Assembly: GCF_004010195.1 (NCBI RefSeq)
Contig: NC_057719.1
Location: 33,379,520 to 33,443,519 of the forward strand
From: Chiloscyllium plagiosum
Taxonomy: Eukaryota
Direction: 5' to 3'
DNA length: 64,000 bases
Below, piece after piece: positions 26,121 to 39,225 of this stretch. Position 1 is the first letter of the stretch, and each line of letters opens with the position of its first letter. The notes under the pieces are model-generated. The model ran no database searches and was not told where the DNA came from. It saw nothing but the letters and a program-made list of their open reading frames with translations. The position numbers were made by a program, and so were the translations under genes.

Positions 26121-27463
26121 CAGTAAAGCAAAAAAGACTATGGACTCAACTGATCAGTACAATGCCAGGAAATGTATTTAAGAATGTAAATGTGTTTTCT
26201 CAAACAGGGTGTTCAAATATTTACAATATACAGTGATGACTCAAAGTGGACTTACTTCATTCCCAAAATACTGCATTCAGCCCTGAGGACTTGGTGCAAA
26301 ATGCTACTGGACCAATTATGGAGTCAGCACATACTGACATTTTGAATTAGTTCTAATCGGATGATGGTTCATAGTAGTTGATGTTTTTCCAATAATCTGA
26401 TTCATAATATTTTAAGATTTAAAACAATGGTAAGGAATTCATCCACCCAAAACTGGTATTATTTTAATATGTACTTAAGAACAGAGTGAGAACAGCTTTG
26501 ATAAATTTAAAAAATAGATTTGAACATTGTGCAATCATCAACAAACATGGTCACTTTTAACCATAAGATGGAGGGAAGGGTTATTAATAAAACAGCTGAA
26601 GATCCAGGACGCTACTCTGGGGAACTCCTGTTCACTGTCTTAGAGTTGAGATGTCCAACAACTACAATCACCTGCCTGTATGTTAAATATGACTCTGACC
26701 ATTGGAATGTTTTACCCATATTTCCATGCTCTCCAATTTTGGTTGGGGTCCTTGATGCCATAGTTAGTTAAATGCAGCGTTGACATCAAGACAGACACTC
26801 TCACCTCACCTCTTCTGTCCATATTTGCACGAATGCTGTAAAAACATCTGAAGCTGAGTGGCCCTTGTGGAACCCAAATATGTGTATGCAGGCTGCTAGC
26901 TGCTAGAACTGTTGAAACTGCCTTCCATCACTTGGTTGGTGATTGGGAGTAGACTGATGAGGCAACAATTGATAGAATTGGATTTTCTCTTTTTTCATTG
27001 ACAGCATGTACCTTGGCAATTTTCCACAAGGTTGGAGAGACATCAGTTTTTTTAGTTACACTGGAAAGCTACACTTGGCTAGGGCTGCAACTTATTCTAG
27101 AGCACAAATCCTCAGTACAAATCCAGTGTTTTCAACCATTTCTTGATATCATATAGAGTGAAACAAAGTAATTGAAGGCTGGCATCTGTGGAAGACCTCA
27201 GAAGGCTGCTCAGATAGATCATCCATGTGGCACTACTGGTTGAAGGCGATACAAGTGCAACGGCCTTGCCTTTTTGCACCAATGTGTCAGGCTCCCTCAT
27301 CTTGGAGGTTGAGAATATTTGTGGAGTTCTACCTTCCTGTCCATTGTTTAGTTGCTCCACCTAGATTTCACACCACCTCAAAACTCAGATTTGAACTGCT
27401 AGTTGTGGGAGAACCCTGTTGATTTTGGCTGTCTTCATACATGGGGTGGGGTGGGAGGTGGGG

Positions 27464-27790
27464 AGCAGCATGGTGGCTCAGTAGTTAGCACTGCTGCCTC
27501 ACAGTGCCAGAGACTTGGGTTTGGTTCCAGCCTCGGCCAATTGTCTGTGTGGATTTTGCACATTCTTCCAGTATCTGCGTGGGCTTCCTCCAGGTGCTCC
27601 GATTTCCTCCCACAGTCCAAAGATGTGCAGGTCAAGTGAATTGACCATGCTAAATTTCCCATAATGTTTAGGGATGCTTTAGTTAGGGATAAATGTAGGG
27701 GAATGAGTCTGGGTGGGTTACTCTTCAGAGGGTTGGTGTGGATCTGTTGGGCCAAAGGGCCTGTAGGGATTCCAATTCTAATTCTAATGT
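27464..27790 (+). mobile_element. tRNA-derived SINE (HE1/V-SINE type) inside an older antisense LINE remnant
   Basis: GGTGGCTCAGTAGTTAGCACTGCTGCCTCAC head, central domain and ATTCTA tail. Confidence 0.85.
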
Positions 27791-30700
27791 AACTTCACCA
27801 TGTTCAGAACTCATTTTCCATGATGTCTGGTGCTGCTCCTGCACTCTTCCCCAAACCAGGATTGATCTCCTGGCTTGATGACAATGGTAGCGTGGGAGAG
27901 CCAGGCATTAGATTACATTGCTGATTGTGTACTGTTCTGCTATAGCTGATTGGTGCAGACAAAATCAAGTGGTCTTCTCCTTTCTGTTGGTTCCCTATCC
28001 ACTTGCTTGCAGATGCGCTTACCAGCTGCATCTTTAATGAATTGCTTTTTAAACAAGTCATTTTGTTTTAAAAATTTCCTTGCCATCTTTCAGCTTCTAT
28101 TTTAACACAATGTTTATGTCCCAGTCTTTAATTTGCTCTCTGCAATATGTTTCCACAAGAATTTGAATATTACTGATTTCCACTTCCAGGTTTGCTGTCC
28201 ATGAGATTTCTTTAATATGATTGCCTATTTAGACAGCTTGATGCTATCACTGCAGCTCAGTATTGGGAATACCCATCAAACAACACTGGAATCAACTGTC
28301 CATCAAGAGAGGTCATACTCCAAAATGATCATGAAATCTGCTCAGCATAGTTTTCTTCAAAATCAGCAACAATTATCATTGCTTTGCACCTGACTGCAAG
28401 TTGAGATGAAGGTTTTGGCAAGATGGTACTGCAGCTCTCTCATGATATAGATGATACTGTGCCCTACATTCTCTAGTGATGTGGAACACACTGTACTTCA
28501 CTTCAGTGTTTACCCTTGTCGGTCAAAGTGATAGCATAATCCCAACTTTCAAGATAAGTTTTTGATTCTCATCAGCTATCTCTGCAACACTCTCAGCTTA
28601 TCAAATAACACCAATATGAGATGAAAGCACCTTTGAAGTTGCCTGGGAGGAGTAATGGTCATAGTATCCATTGCTCCATTTGACCTAATTATTCTAGAGT
28701 GTCAGTGCTTTCTGTTTCTGAGCAGTGTGCATTCACTGCAAGGTAACTGTTTACAATGCTAAAAGAGAATATTTTATGACCCAAACTGCAGCAATGCCTC
28801 AGGCACTTGGACCACATTGCCAACCATTGTGTAAACTTAATGGGACCTTACAAGAAAAAAATCAATTGAATCAAATAGGGAAGTACTGAAATGGAATATT
28901 CATGTCATACACTTAAATTTCACAAGGATAACTTGTCTAACAATGTCACCTTCAAATCCTTCAATACATTGTTACTACATAGATAAAGGGCAATTCTATG
29001 ATACCTGTCATGATAGATGTCAGTTTGGTCCCATGGAATTTTTGTCTTACAAATTCATTAACAAGAGAATGCAATTCTTCTTGTCTAAGGTTAACACTGA
29101 AAGGCTTTCCTTGTTGGATGAAATGACTCATGAATATATTTAGTACATACTTATGCAGTGAGAAATGCTCTTGTTTCCTTCATCCATGTAGTTTCCAGGT
29201 GTTGAGCATTTGCAGCTGCCTGGGGCAATTTAATTTGAAGCATGGTGTTGCAAAATCAGCATTAATATTCCAAACAGAATGACTTGCAATCAGAATTAAC
29301 AAAGAACCAGATGCTTCTGAATACATCATTCTGTTCAAAAAATGTCAGATTTTTCCTGTACAGAGCTCTTGGCCAAATTGTATAAAGAGGTAGATGGCTA
29401 GGTTTCGTCAGCTCCAAAATTGTTTTAGAATTCTACTGATTACACACTCTCTTTGGGAATGAAATTGTCAAATTCAGAAAATTTAAGAGAAGTGCCAGTA
29501 CAGTTAAGAAATGAGCAGTATTCCCGTCCATAGTTAATACCACAGAACGCTTTCCCTAGCCCAAATCGTCCAGTACATTGTCTGGATAGCTGGAAAATGG
29601 ATGCACATTGGGAGTTGTGTTCAAATTCTGTGGAATTCCTGGTGCACATGCACGGGCAGTAATTACCTGGGTAGTTTTAACTTCCAAAGAGCTGATTTCC
29701 ACTGCAGTTATCAATTTCTTGGGTCATATTTGCAGTAGGCTCAATGTGGTTGATAGCCAACATAACCATCTGAGCACTACAATCACCAACATCCAACAGA
29801 CCAAACAGCTCCCCAGCCGACCACCATCTCAGTCACTCTTTCACCCACATACTAATCCACTGAAATATTTGGACTTTTTAAAATATGCTGGGATGCATCA
29901 GCTACAGTCACGAAAAAGTGGAGTTCCCTTACTTTGTCGTTTTTTGCACTCGATGGTCTACCCATCGATGTTGCATTGACCATCAATGCTTCAGTCAGGT
30001 CAGAAGACCCAGCTAAAGAATTGTGCAAGGACTACAGTGCAGGAATCCACATAAACAGCATCAATGCATTGGGCATCGATTTTGACCAGAAGATTTTGGG
30101 TGCCAAGTTAAATCTGCTTTCTTTAAGATAGATGGGGATAACTGTTAAAACAAATCAAATCTTTGAGTAAACGTGGACATAATTTTATTAAGTTTTGATT
30201 TCCATCAAACCCATCTAAATTCTATTTGTTTCTGTAGTTGTGGAACATCAGTCTCCATGACAATCTAATGGGTCTGTCTGTACAAGATGTCAATATAGCT
30301 GATAAATTTGGATGTGTTTACAGTCTGGGTCACTCCATTTCAGGAAGAATGAAAATTTAATGAAAATGGTACAGCATAGATTCACAAAGCAATTACTAGA
30401 GTTATAGTTACAGAAGAAACTTGCAAAGTTAGGCCTGTTTCGGGTCAGCAAAAAGTGTTAAGTGGTGACAAAACATAATCACGGCAGGAGAACCAAATTG
30501 TTTTTACAGGCCAGTCAAATTGGTCAAGTAGGTCACAAACTTAAGCAATGAGCAAAAAGGATTTTAAATGAATGCTAGAAAGATATTCTTTACAACTTTC
30601 TTTTCTTAGTTATGGTGGGCAATTCTCTTTCACAAATTGTTGCTTTATTCTTTTGAGTGGGAAAACAAATCTTTAAATAAGTTGGGGTTAATGAAGCATT

Positions 30701-32087
30701 GGATCAGATTAGGTCCAAATCACTTTGTCTTTTCAATGACTTCAGTTACAACTTTAAGGGCATATAGTTGCCAGTTAACTATTTGACAAAAAAATGCCTA
30801 ATGACTTTAATGTTTGACAAGAAGAAAATATTCTAAGTCATATTTATTGCCAGAGGGGATTCAATGGATAAATTTGAAATAATTGTATTAATGTTGTTGA
30901 GCCTGCAGGGTAAGGTGGGCTTTCTACCAGTTTGTTAGCAGAATTACTATATGCATAAATAACTGTTTCTTCATTATCTCCAATTATTTACTGCTCTGTT
31001 TAGAAAACTGAAATTAATTTTTTCTGGCACCTCATACATTCCAGTGCTTCTAGCTGTTACAAATACACCATGGTTGAGGCAGAGAGAAGATGTTCTTTGC
31101 CGGATAAACTTAGTCTATATACGGTATTACTGAATGTTAAAGCATATCTAACTGAAACTGGCTTCATCTGGGAGGAAGCAAAACTAAATCTCTCAAAAAA
31201 ATTAACTCAAATCATGCTCATCACTAAGAATTCTTGTAATCATGGGAAACCTAACCGAAATATGTCAGAACATAAATTATTTTCTGGAAAGGTTCTCTCA
31301 TCTCCACTCATTATAATAATGAGATAACTTTAAAGTGGCCATTGAGACTGTACTTGTAGAAAATCTCAAACATTTAAAGCTGGATCTTTCATGCCCCCCC
31401 CAACCCGATGTGATTTTAGTAGGGTGACGGTGGGGGTACTTAACTGATTATTCCATTGATATCTGTCTGAAGTCTACAGCTTCTTGTTATTATTTTATAA
31501 TCAAGATAGGAAATACAAGTTGGAAAATTGACCAGCTCAGCAGATTTCCCCTTCCCATAGAGAGTTCTGGGGGTGGCTACACAGATATTTGAGTGTCAAG
31601 CCAAACTGTTTCGTAAACTCTGCTCCATTCTCTGAGACTTTGGTTCAGTTGTATAAAAGGCTGTTAGGTCTGTAACCCTCAACTCCCAACCCAAACCCCT
31701 GCCCCCAGTAGTCATTTAACTAATATCCACCATGGGCCTTGAGGTGATGAGAAAGGAATTAAAATTCTAGCAATCTAAGTGAGCTCTCACTCATAATCAC
31801 TGGATACTGAAAGACTCCCAATCATGAAATCCATTCAAAAATGTTATATTTCCACAAGTGGTAAATCTGTTGTCAAATCAAACTTTTATTCACGAATTAC
31901 ATTAAAGACAGATCATCTTGTAATAGTCTCATAAAACTGCCAATCAAAATATGAATTGTGAAAATAAGGTAAATTTAAATTTGATATGGATTTAAAATAG
32001 CCTTGCTGAGTTTGAGTTTCTCACTCATGTGATTCTTGCCCCATCCACTCTCCCTGTTGCCAAAATAGGACCTGTCAGTATAAAGGG

Positions 32088-32400
32088 AAGTGACGACATA
32101 GTGATATTATTACTCGACTATTAACCCAGAGATTTAGGTTCTGATGCTGGGGACTCAGATTCAGCTATGGCAGTTGGTGGAATTGGAATTCATCTCAAAA
32201 AGGTTTGGAATTAAGAGGCTAAAAATGATCACAAATCCATTATTGATTGTTGGAAAAACGCAATCTGTTCACTTTGGGAAAGGACTTTCCCTGGTCTGGC
32301 CTAAATGTGACTCTAGACCCATACAATGTGATTGACTCAAACAATTAGGACAATAAATGTCGAGCCAATGGTAACCCCCACCCTGTGAATGAATAAAGAA
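32088..32400 (+). mobile_element. tRNA-derived SINE, second family (diverged)
   Basis: Similar to the reverse complement of 47075-47405; ends CCCTGTGAATGAATAAA. Confidence 0.6.
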
Positions 32401-33350
32401 GGAAATGTGGCACTTCAACATATTGTCATCGATTATTAAAGTTGGTCTGATCCTATATGTGCTCATTTTTCATTTTTATTCACAGTTGTTTTGATTTGGA
32501 AGAGAGTGCACAATGTGAGGAAAACATTCTTCATTTTTTTTTAAATTTAGAAATGGTGCTAGTGCCAACTCTACCTGTCCACAGTGCAAATGAGCTGCAG
32601 CCTGTTTGACAAGTGCATCTTCAAACAAAGAGAAGTTGATTGGAAAACACAGTATTACACACCATAGAGGCACAGACAGATGATCAGTGACGGCATACAT
32701 CAGACAGAAAGCAATCAAGAGTGATGGCTAAGGTGGAAAACACCAGAAAGCAAATTAAAAGATGTTTAGTGATACGCTTATCTTAATTTTTACTTTCTTG
32801 TGCCTCAGAGTGAAGAATGTTAGTGCCATCTACTTTTCCATCTAATGTGCCAAAAACAATGCACTCAGAAAATTATGATAATTCAGTCTAACATCCCTGG
32901 TCCCCCATTAATTAGTCTCAGCTCCAACTTGAGAGAGCACTCCTGACAGCATGAGAGAAACAATTGTTTGCATTTTTACCAGCAACAATTTTATGACCAC
33001 AATTAAACTGAGAATTTGCAGAACTAATTAGTAGCAAATTAGGAGTGTTTCATGTAATGTGCTGTTTCCACTGGCCACTGGATTGAAGTAGGTCAAACTA
33101 TTTTATATGGAGCTGAACATTCAGCAGACAGGTTGTTTCATTGTACTTCTCTGCATTAGAGTTAAACCCTGTCTCTGAACTGAACGACAAACATTAACCC
33201 ATATTATTAAGTGCCTCATACATCATATTTGCAAGGAGTATATTAATCTTTTAATTGTACATAACTTAAAATAAAATTCATAAAATCACCACATAACAAA
33301 ATTAAGACGACAAATTGGCAATTCAAATAGGAAAAGGATTTTGGATTCAC

Positions 33351-33490
33351 CTGTGGCCGTGGGTGACCTCTAACAAGGCAGGTTAGCTCCAAGGTTTCTC
33401 CTTCCCGAATTGTGTACACCCTTTCTGTATATCGTTCTTCTTCTATGTTACATGCTTGACCAGAGTGCATGATGCTCACAGTTGGCGGAG
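33351..33490 (-). CDS. MDGA2: MDGA2 coding exon, N-terminal half of Ig domain 1 ((A)PPTVSIMHSGQACNIEEERYTERVYTIREGETLELTCLVRGHPRPQ)
   Basis: 140-bp exon with a pyrimidine-rich TTCTTCAG acceptor and a CAG|GTGAAT donor, phase 1 in and phase 0 out. The peptide closely resembles vertebrate MDGA2 as I recall it (ACNIEEERY.ERVYTIREGETLELTCLV.GHPRPQ). Confidence 0.95.
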
Positions 33491-34271
33491 CTGAAGAATA
33501 ATAAAAAGAGGTGCAGTCAGTACTAATTTTACAAATGCCTGATTAATATTTCCTGTTCAGTGAAAATCCAAGACCTGTTCTACCCCAATTTAAAACAATT
33601 CATCTGCTGTAAATTCCTATTCTCTGAACAATGTTCCACCTGGATAACATTGGGAGGTTTACAGTCCAGAAGCTCTACTCAGCTGAGTGAAATGAGCTGT
33701 TAAGTGGTACCAATTTGGTTCTCTACAAGTTCCCAGAAAGTCACACATGAAATATTTTGTATTTCAGAATATTCTGGAGGAATTGGCCAATTCTTATAAG
33801 TATGTGACTCTACAATTGTGCTCATTGGCTAATGAAGATACAGAAGAAAAATAAGGTTAAGAAAATTGAGTATGGGAGAAAGGCAGATAAATTGGTTTCT
33901 TTTCATTGTTTGTTGGTGTATGACGAGGTGGGGTGTGCATTCTCTCCAATATGGTTTGTCCATATAATGCTTTCCTCATGACTAGTGAAGTATCAAATCA
34001 AAAGATACTTCTCCAGGAAATGACCAGCACAAGAACAACATTGGCACAGACTTGAAAACAGTTCACTTACATTCCATACTATAATTTGGTTCAACAATAT
34101 CAAACCCACTTACATACATAAAGACTGTTACATTAAACCCTACTTCAGAATTGCTGTCTGTAATTTGAACTAACATCTAGATGCGGAACTGAGAGATTGC
34201 CATTCTGTTGGAGCTTCTATCTTTTGGAATAAGTTAAATTCAAGATATGCACCAGACGGATGTAAAATATG

Positions 34272-35926
34272 TGGTGTAGATTTGCTCACTGAGCTGTAGG
34301 TTTGATATCTAGACGTTTCATTATCTGGCTAGGTAACATCATCAGTGGGGACCTCCAAGTGAAGCGAAGCTGTTGTCTCCTGCCTTCTATTTATATGTTT
34401 GTCCTGGATGGGGTACCTGGGGTTTGTGGTGATGTCATTTCCTGTTCGTTTTCTGAGGGGTTGATAGATGGGATCTAGACCTATGTGTTTGTTTATGGCG
34501 TTGTGGTTGGAGTGCCAGGCCTCTAGGAATTCTCTGGCATGTCTTTGCTTAGCCTGTCCCAGGATAGATGTGTTGGCCCAGTCGGAATGGTGGGTTTTTT
34601 CCTCTGTGTGTACGCCTATGAGGGAGAGAGGATTGTGTCTTTTTGTGGCTAGCTGGTTTTTGTGTATCCTGGTGGCTAACTTTCTTCCTGTTTGTCCAAG
34701 TAGTGTTTGTGGCAGTCCTTGCATGGAATTTTGTAGACGACGTTGGTTTTTGGCCATGGGTTGTACTGGGTCTTTTAAGTTTGTTAGTTTTTGTTTGAGA
34801 GAGTTGGTGGGTTTGTGTGCTACTGGGATTCCGAGGGGTCTTAGTAGTCTGGCTGTCATTTCTGAGACTTCTTTGATGGATGGTAAGGTGGTTAGGGTTT
34901 CTGGCTGTGTTAGGTCTGCTTGTCGTGGTTTGTTCCTGAGGAATCTGCGGACTGTATTTTTTGAGTATCTGTTCTTCTTGAATACGTTGTATAGGTGGTA
35001 TGTGCTGCAATGTGTGGTGGCTCATTGGAATAGTATCCTGATACAGCTTCGTTTGTGTGTGTTGGGATGGTTGCTGGTGTAGTTAAGTATTTGGTCAGTG
35101 TTTGTCGGTTTTCTGTATACGCAGGTTTGTAGTTCTCAGATGTCCTTTCTTTCGACTGTGATGTCCAGGAATGCGAGTTTGTTGTCGGTTTCTTCCTTCT
35201 TGGTGAACTTTATGCCTGTGAGGGTTTCATTTTGTGATGACAAAGGTGTCATCTATGTAGCGGACCCAGATTTTTGATTTGATGGTTGGTAGGGCTGTTT
35301 GTTCTAGTCTTTGCATTACCACTTCTGCTATGAATCCTGATAGCGGAGATCCCATGGGACAAACAGGAAGAAAGTTAGTCACCAGGATACAACCCATGGA
35401 CAAAACCAACGTCATCCACAAAATTCCATGCAAGGACTGCCACAAACACTATGTAGGACAAACAGGAAGAAAGTTAGCCACCAGGATACACGAACACCAA
35501 CTAGCCACAAAAAGACACAACCCTCTCTCCCTCGTAGCCCTACACACGGATGAAAAAAAACACCATTTTGACTGGGCCAACACATCTATCCTGGGACAGA
35601 TTAAGCAAAGACATGCCAGAGAATTCCTAGAGGCCTGGCACTCCAACCACAACGCCATAAAAAAACACATAGATCTATCTACCATCTATCAACCCCTCAG
35701 AAAACAAACAGGAAATGACATCCCCACAAACCCCAGGAACCGCATCCAGGACAAACATATAAATAGAAAGCAGGAGACAACAGCTTCGCTTCACTTGGAG
35801 GTCGCCACTGATGATGTTACCGAGCCAGGTACTGAAACGTCTGGATATCAAACCTACAGCTCAGCGAGCAAGCCTACACCCTAAACCTCAACCTGAGCTA
35901 CAAACCTTCACAAACCTTGTAAAAAA
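34272..35926. mobile_element. Penelope-like retroelement with inverted structure: RT C-terminus + GIY-YIG on the minus strand (34272-35358) and an inverted GIY-YIG/terminal-repeat copy on the plus strand (~35390-35926)
   Basis: PMGSPLSGFIAEVVMQRLE..WVRYIDDTFVI (RT) and NVIHKIPCKDCHKHYVGQTGRKLATRIHEH (GIY-YIG). 13-bp TSD GATGTAAAATATG at 34259-34271 and 35927-35939. Confidence 0.93.
35805..35844 (+). ncRNA. Hammerhead ribozyme motif in the Penelope terminal repeat (mirror copy at ~34309-34348 on the minus strand)
   Basis: CCA CTGATGA TGTTACC GAGCCA GGTACT GAAA CGTC TGG. Confidence 0.7.
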
Positions 35927-37068
35927 GATGTAAAATATGCCAATACTCAACAGGGTTCATTGAAGGGCACACGATTGTTCTAATTTCTTGGCCAATATTT
36001 CTCCCTTAATCAACGATACCAAAACAGGTCAAAAGATAACTATTTGTGATTATAATCTTGTTGTTGCCTTCCAAGTACAGTTTTCTGTAAATACAATGCT
36101 ACTCTCCAGAGTTAAAGGAATTTTGTACAGAAACAGTAAGATTAGTTTATAAGAATCATGTTAGTTATGCCTATGAAATTGCTGCGGGGAAGAAGGACAA
36201 TTAATGATCAGCTGCTATTACTGAGTCTATCCCATTCTGGCACAGTGGATCTTCTGCACATAATCATCCCATTCGTACCCTATGCTGCTAAAATGGCAAA
36301 TGACATTCGAGGGAATGCATAAACATCACTAAAGAATATATCCAGCTGTGCTAAACATTTGCTGGATGATTTTATGAGACAGAAAACCTACAAAAGATAT
36401 AAAATGTTAAATTATATTGACTGCCACGCTTAATCATTCAAGGACAGCAACTACTGAACAATATACTTATCTTATGAAATGATCTGCTAAATTGAAAGAA
36501 GCTAAATTATCATTGTAATTCAATCTCATACATATAATAAAACTGATCTACAACAAACATTTCTCTGAGTAGCAGAATGAACTACTTATTTCCTTCAACT
36601 GCCTTATCACAAAATAGCATTTTAGAGATTGCTTTAAAGTTTAAAAAAAACAAACAGCCAAAAATGATGCTAAATCAAAAGATAGTGTACTGTATGTTGA
36701 AAATCTGAAATTAAAAACAGAATTATTGGAAATACTCTGCAGATAGCAGATCAGGAGAGAGGGAAATGAGAAGGCTGCAGAAATTTCAATGGTGGTTTTT
36801 GCAAGGCTGCAACTGCACACAGGACCAGGCGAAAACCCCAAAGCAGCTGATTCAACGTGAGCTATTCTGCAAATACAAATTTCCTTTGGCTGATTACTCC
36901 ACATCTGGAATTCTCTGAAAAAGTCCCTTGTCATTGTAGGATTTTGGAGGGCTCTAACTCATTTGAGTTAAATGTGCAAACAGGAAAGTTACAAGATTAA
37001 AAACCTATTCTAACTCTTGGGCAACTATTAAAGAGAACCACTGACTCACCATAACCTGTACAAAACTA

Positions 37069-37100
37069 CACCCCCCCCCCCCCCCCCCCCCCCCGCCCCC
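37069..37100. repeat. Poly-C tract
   Basis: Visible directly. Confidence 0.9.
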
Positions 37101-37659
37101 GACACTTTATAATCTCCCAACCCAAAACACCAACACCACCAAACCCAGCTGGACCTGATACCAGCCCTTGAACCAACCCTTTGATCGACCCTAAGTTCTC
37201 ATCCACTTCCCTAAAACCAAATGATCTCACTTATTTGCCTCCTTCACACCTCACCCACCTGGCACTGCAACCCACTCATGTGTCAGTCACCCTATCTCTA
37301 CCCTCCATATGCCTTGAACATTCCAAACCCACTTGGCACCCTAGCCCCTCACCCAATGACACCCTCACCCACCAGCCACCCAATGCGTTCAACCACCTGA
37401 CATCCTAACCTCTCAGCATTCTGACACACTTGCCCCTACCCCTCCACTCTCCAACTCCGCATTTGCCATCTTATCCATTTGCAGCAGCTGTCAAACCAGT
37501 GAATGGACATTTAAACTACAAATTGCAACACTTAATGTAAAGGGGGCATAGTTTTGAAATTGATTCTCCCTGCTGCTGGATTGATCTCCACTGTTTCATA
37601 TCAAGAGGCTCCGGTCCAGGAAATTCCAAGACAAAGTCGAGGAAAGATAAGTATGTATC

Positions 37660-37788
37660 TATTCTTGATGAAGGGCTTATGCCTGAAATATCAATTTTCC
37701 TGCTACCTGGATGCTGCCTGACCTGCTGTGCTTTCTAGCACCACACTCTCGACTCTGATCTCTAGCATCTGCAGTCCTCACTTTCTCC
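37660..37788 (+). mobile_element. Solo Penelope-terminus mini-element with tail and degenerate hammerhead
   Basis: TTGATGAAGGGCTTATGCCTGAAATATC..GGATGCTGCCTGACCTGCTGTGC..CATCTGCAGTCCTCACTTTCTCC. Confidence 0.82.
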
Positions 37789-38801
37789 CCTATTCATGTA
37801 TTGCAAGAAGTCAGCACAGTTATGGAAGTCAAGTCTCTCCAGCATTTAGGAAAATGCATGTTTGAAAGTAATGCTCCCTTTATATTCTTAAACAAGACAC
37901 TGCTATTCTCTAAATTGGGGTACTATTTCCCTCCAGGAGGGATTTTTAAGAAATATAAGAGAACATGCAGTCAGCAAGTTTCCAATCATTGAAGAGGAAT
38001 GTTTCCAAGAAATTAGTAAATTTTTGTTTGTCCTCCTGCTTACAAGATGACTGCTAGCCACCTGAAAATTTGCTGACTTTTCTCTATCCCTCTGACACAG
38101 TGGCTGACAGCTTGAAACAATTAGAGATAAATTCAACCCTTGAAACCCCTCTCAAGAAGCCAAGTGATCACTCATCGTCAACACTGCTTGGAGCATCACA
38201 GACATTTATCTCAGGGCTGTGATGTCCAGTGGAGGTAAAGACAGTACAGGGCTCACTAAAGGTGGTACCACTCAGCTCTATAATAATATCCAGAGTATAA
38301 CCACACTGGTATTTGCTGCCTGGCAAGTATAGAGGCTTTAAGTGCAGCTCCGTCTTTATTTATTTGGAGACTCTCAGTGACTTGAAGATTTACTTGGAAA
38401 TCATTAAGAAGGATCTGCTCTTGTACACCGAGCACACTGAATACAAGACCAATGCCATCATAATCTGTACCCTCAAATGCCATGGAAAATATTTCTATGA
38501 ATTCAGTGGTTGGAAACTCTGAAGGAAATATCTCAACACTGCCCTGGTATACTCAGTACCTGCTTGGATTGGTAATTCACTTTCCAGTCACAGAGAGCTA
38601 TCCTCATTTATATTCCATCTGCGAGCATCTTGTTGGCCTCTTTTGCCTCTTAAGGAAAAGGATCACTAGTAAGTTATGACACAGTTCATAAGTTTGAATT
38701 CTCAACAGTACAATATCAAACCTTGCAAGTAGTGAAATGAATGGGACAACTCTCAATAAATTGTATGAATGCACTGTCACTACCCTCCTTGATGTGGAGT
38801 T

Positions 38802-38898
38802 GCTGGTGTTGGACTGGGGTGGACAAAGTTAAAAATCACACAACACCAGGTTACAGTCCAACAGGTGAATTTGGAGGGACATGCTTTCAGAGAGCTGC
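38802..38898 (-). mobile_element. Probable terminal-repeat remnant of another Penelope-like family
   Basis: The minus strand reads AGCAGCTCTCTGAAAGC..CCTGTTGGACTGTAACCTGGTGTTGTGTGATTTTTAACTTTG, recalled as a common shark repeat; only half of a hammerhead core remains. Confidence 0.45.
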
Positions 38899-39225
38899 TA
38901 GTGGGACATGATCCTCCTCAATATAGTGATGCAGCCTATCCCTTTGAATGACAGTTTCACCAACTGGAGATACAATCTGTTGACTGTTTGCATCTCCATT
39001 GACTGCTCGGTTATGTGCATTTCAAAATCGCTCAGAAAAGGACACAAAATCACTTCTTTTTGGATAATCATGGTAAGAAAGATTCCTTTGGACCACTGCA
39101 ACCATAAATAAGTACTCATAAACATACAGAGATATCTTTATGGGCTGGAAACAATGATACACCAAGTTGACATTTGATCCAATGGACTACCTGAAAATTG
39201 GAAAAATTCGAAAAAGAGTACTGCA

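Noticed and set aside
28000..30170. Possible fossil DNA-transposase coding sequence on the minus strand
   Set aside because: The texture looks like decayed coding sequence, but I could not identify motifs or terminal repeats; it needs a translated profile search.
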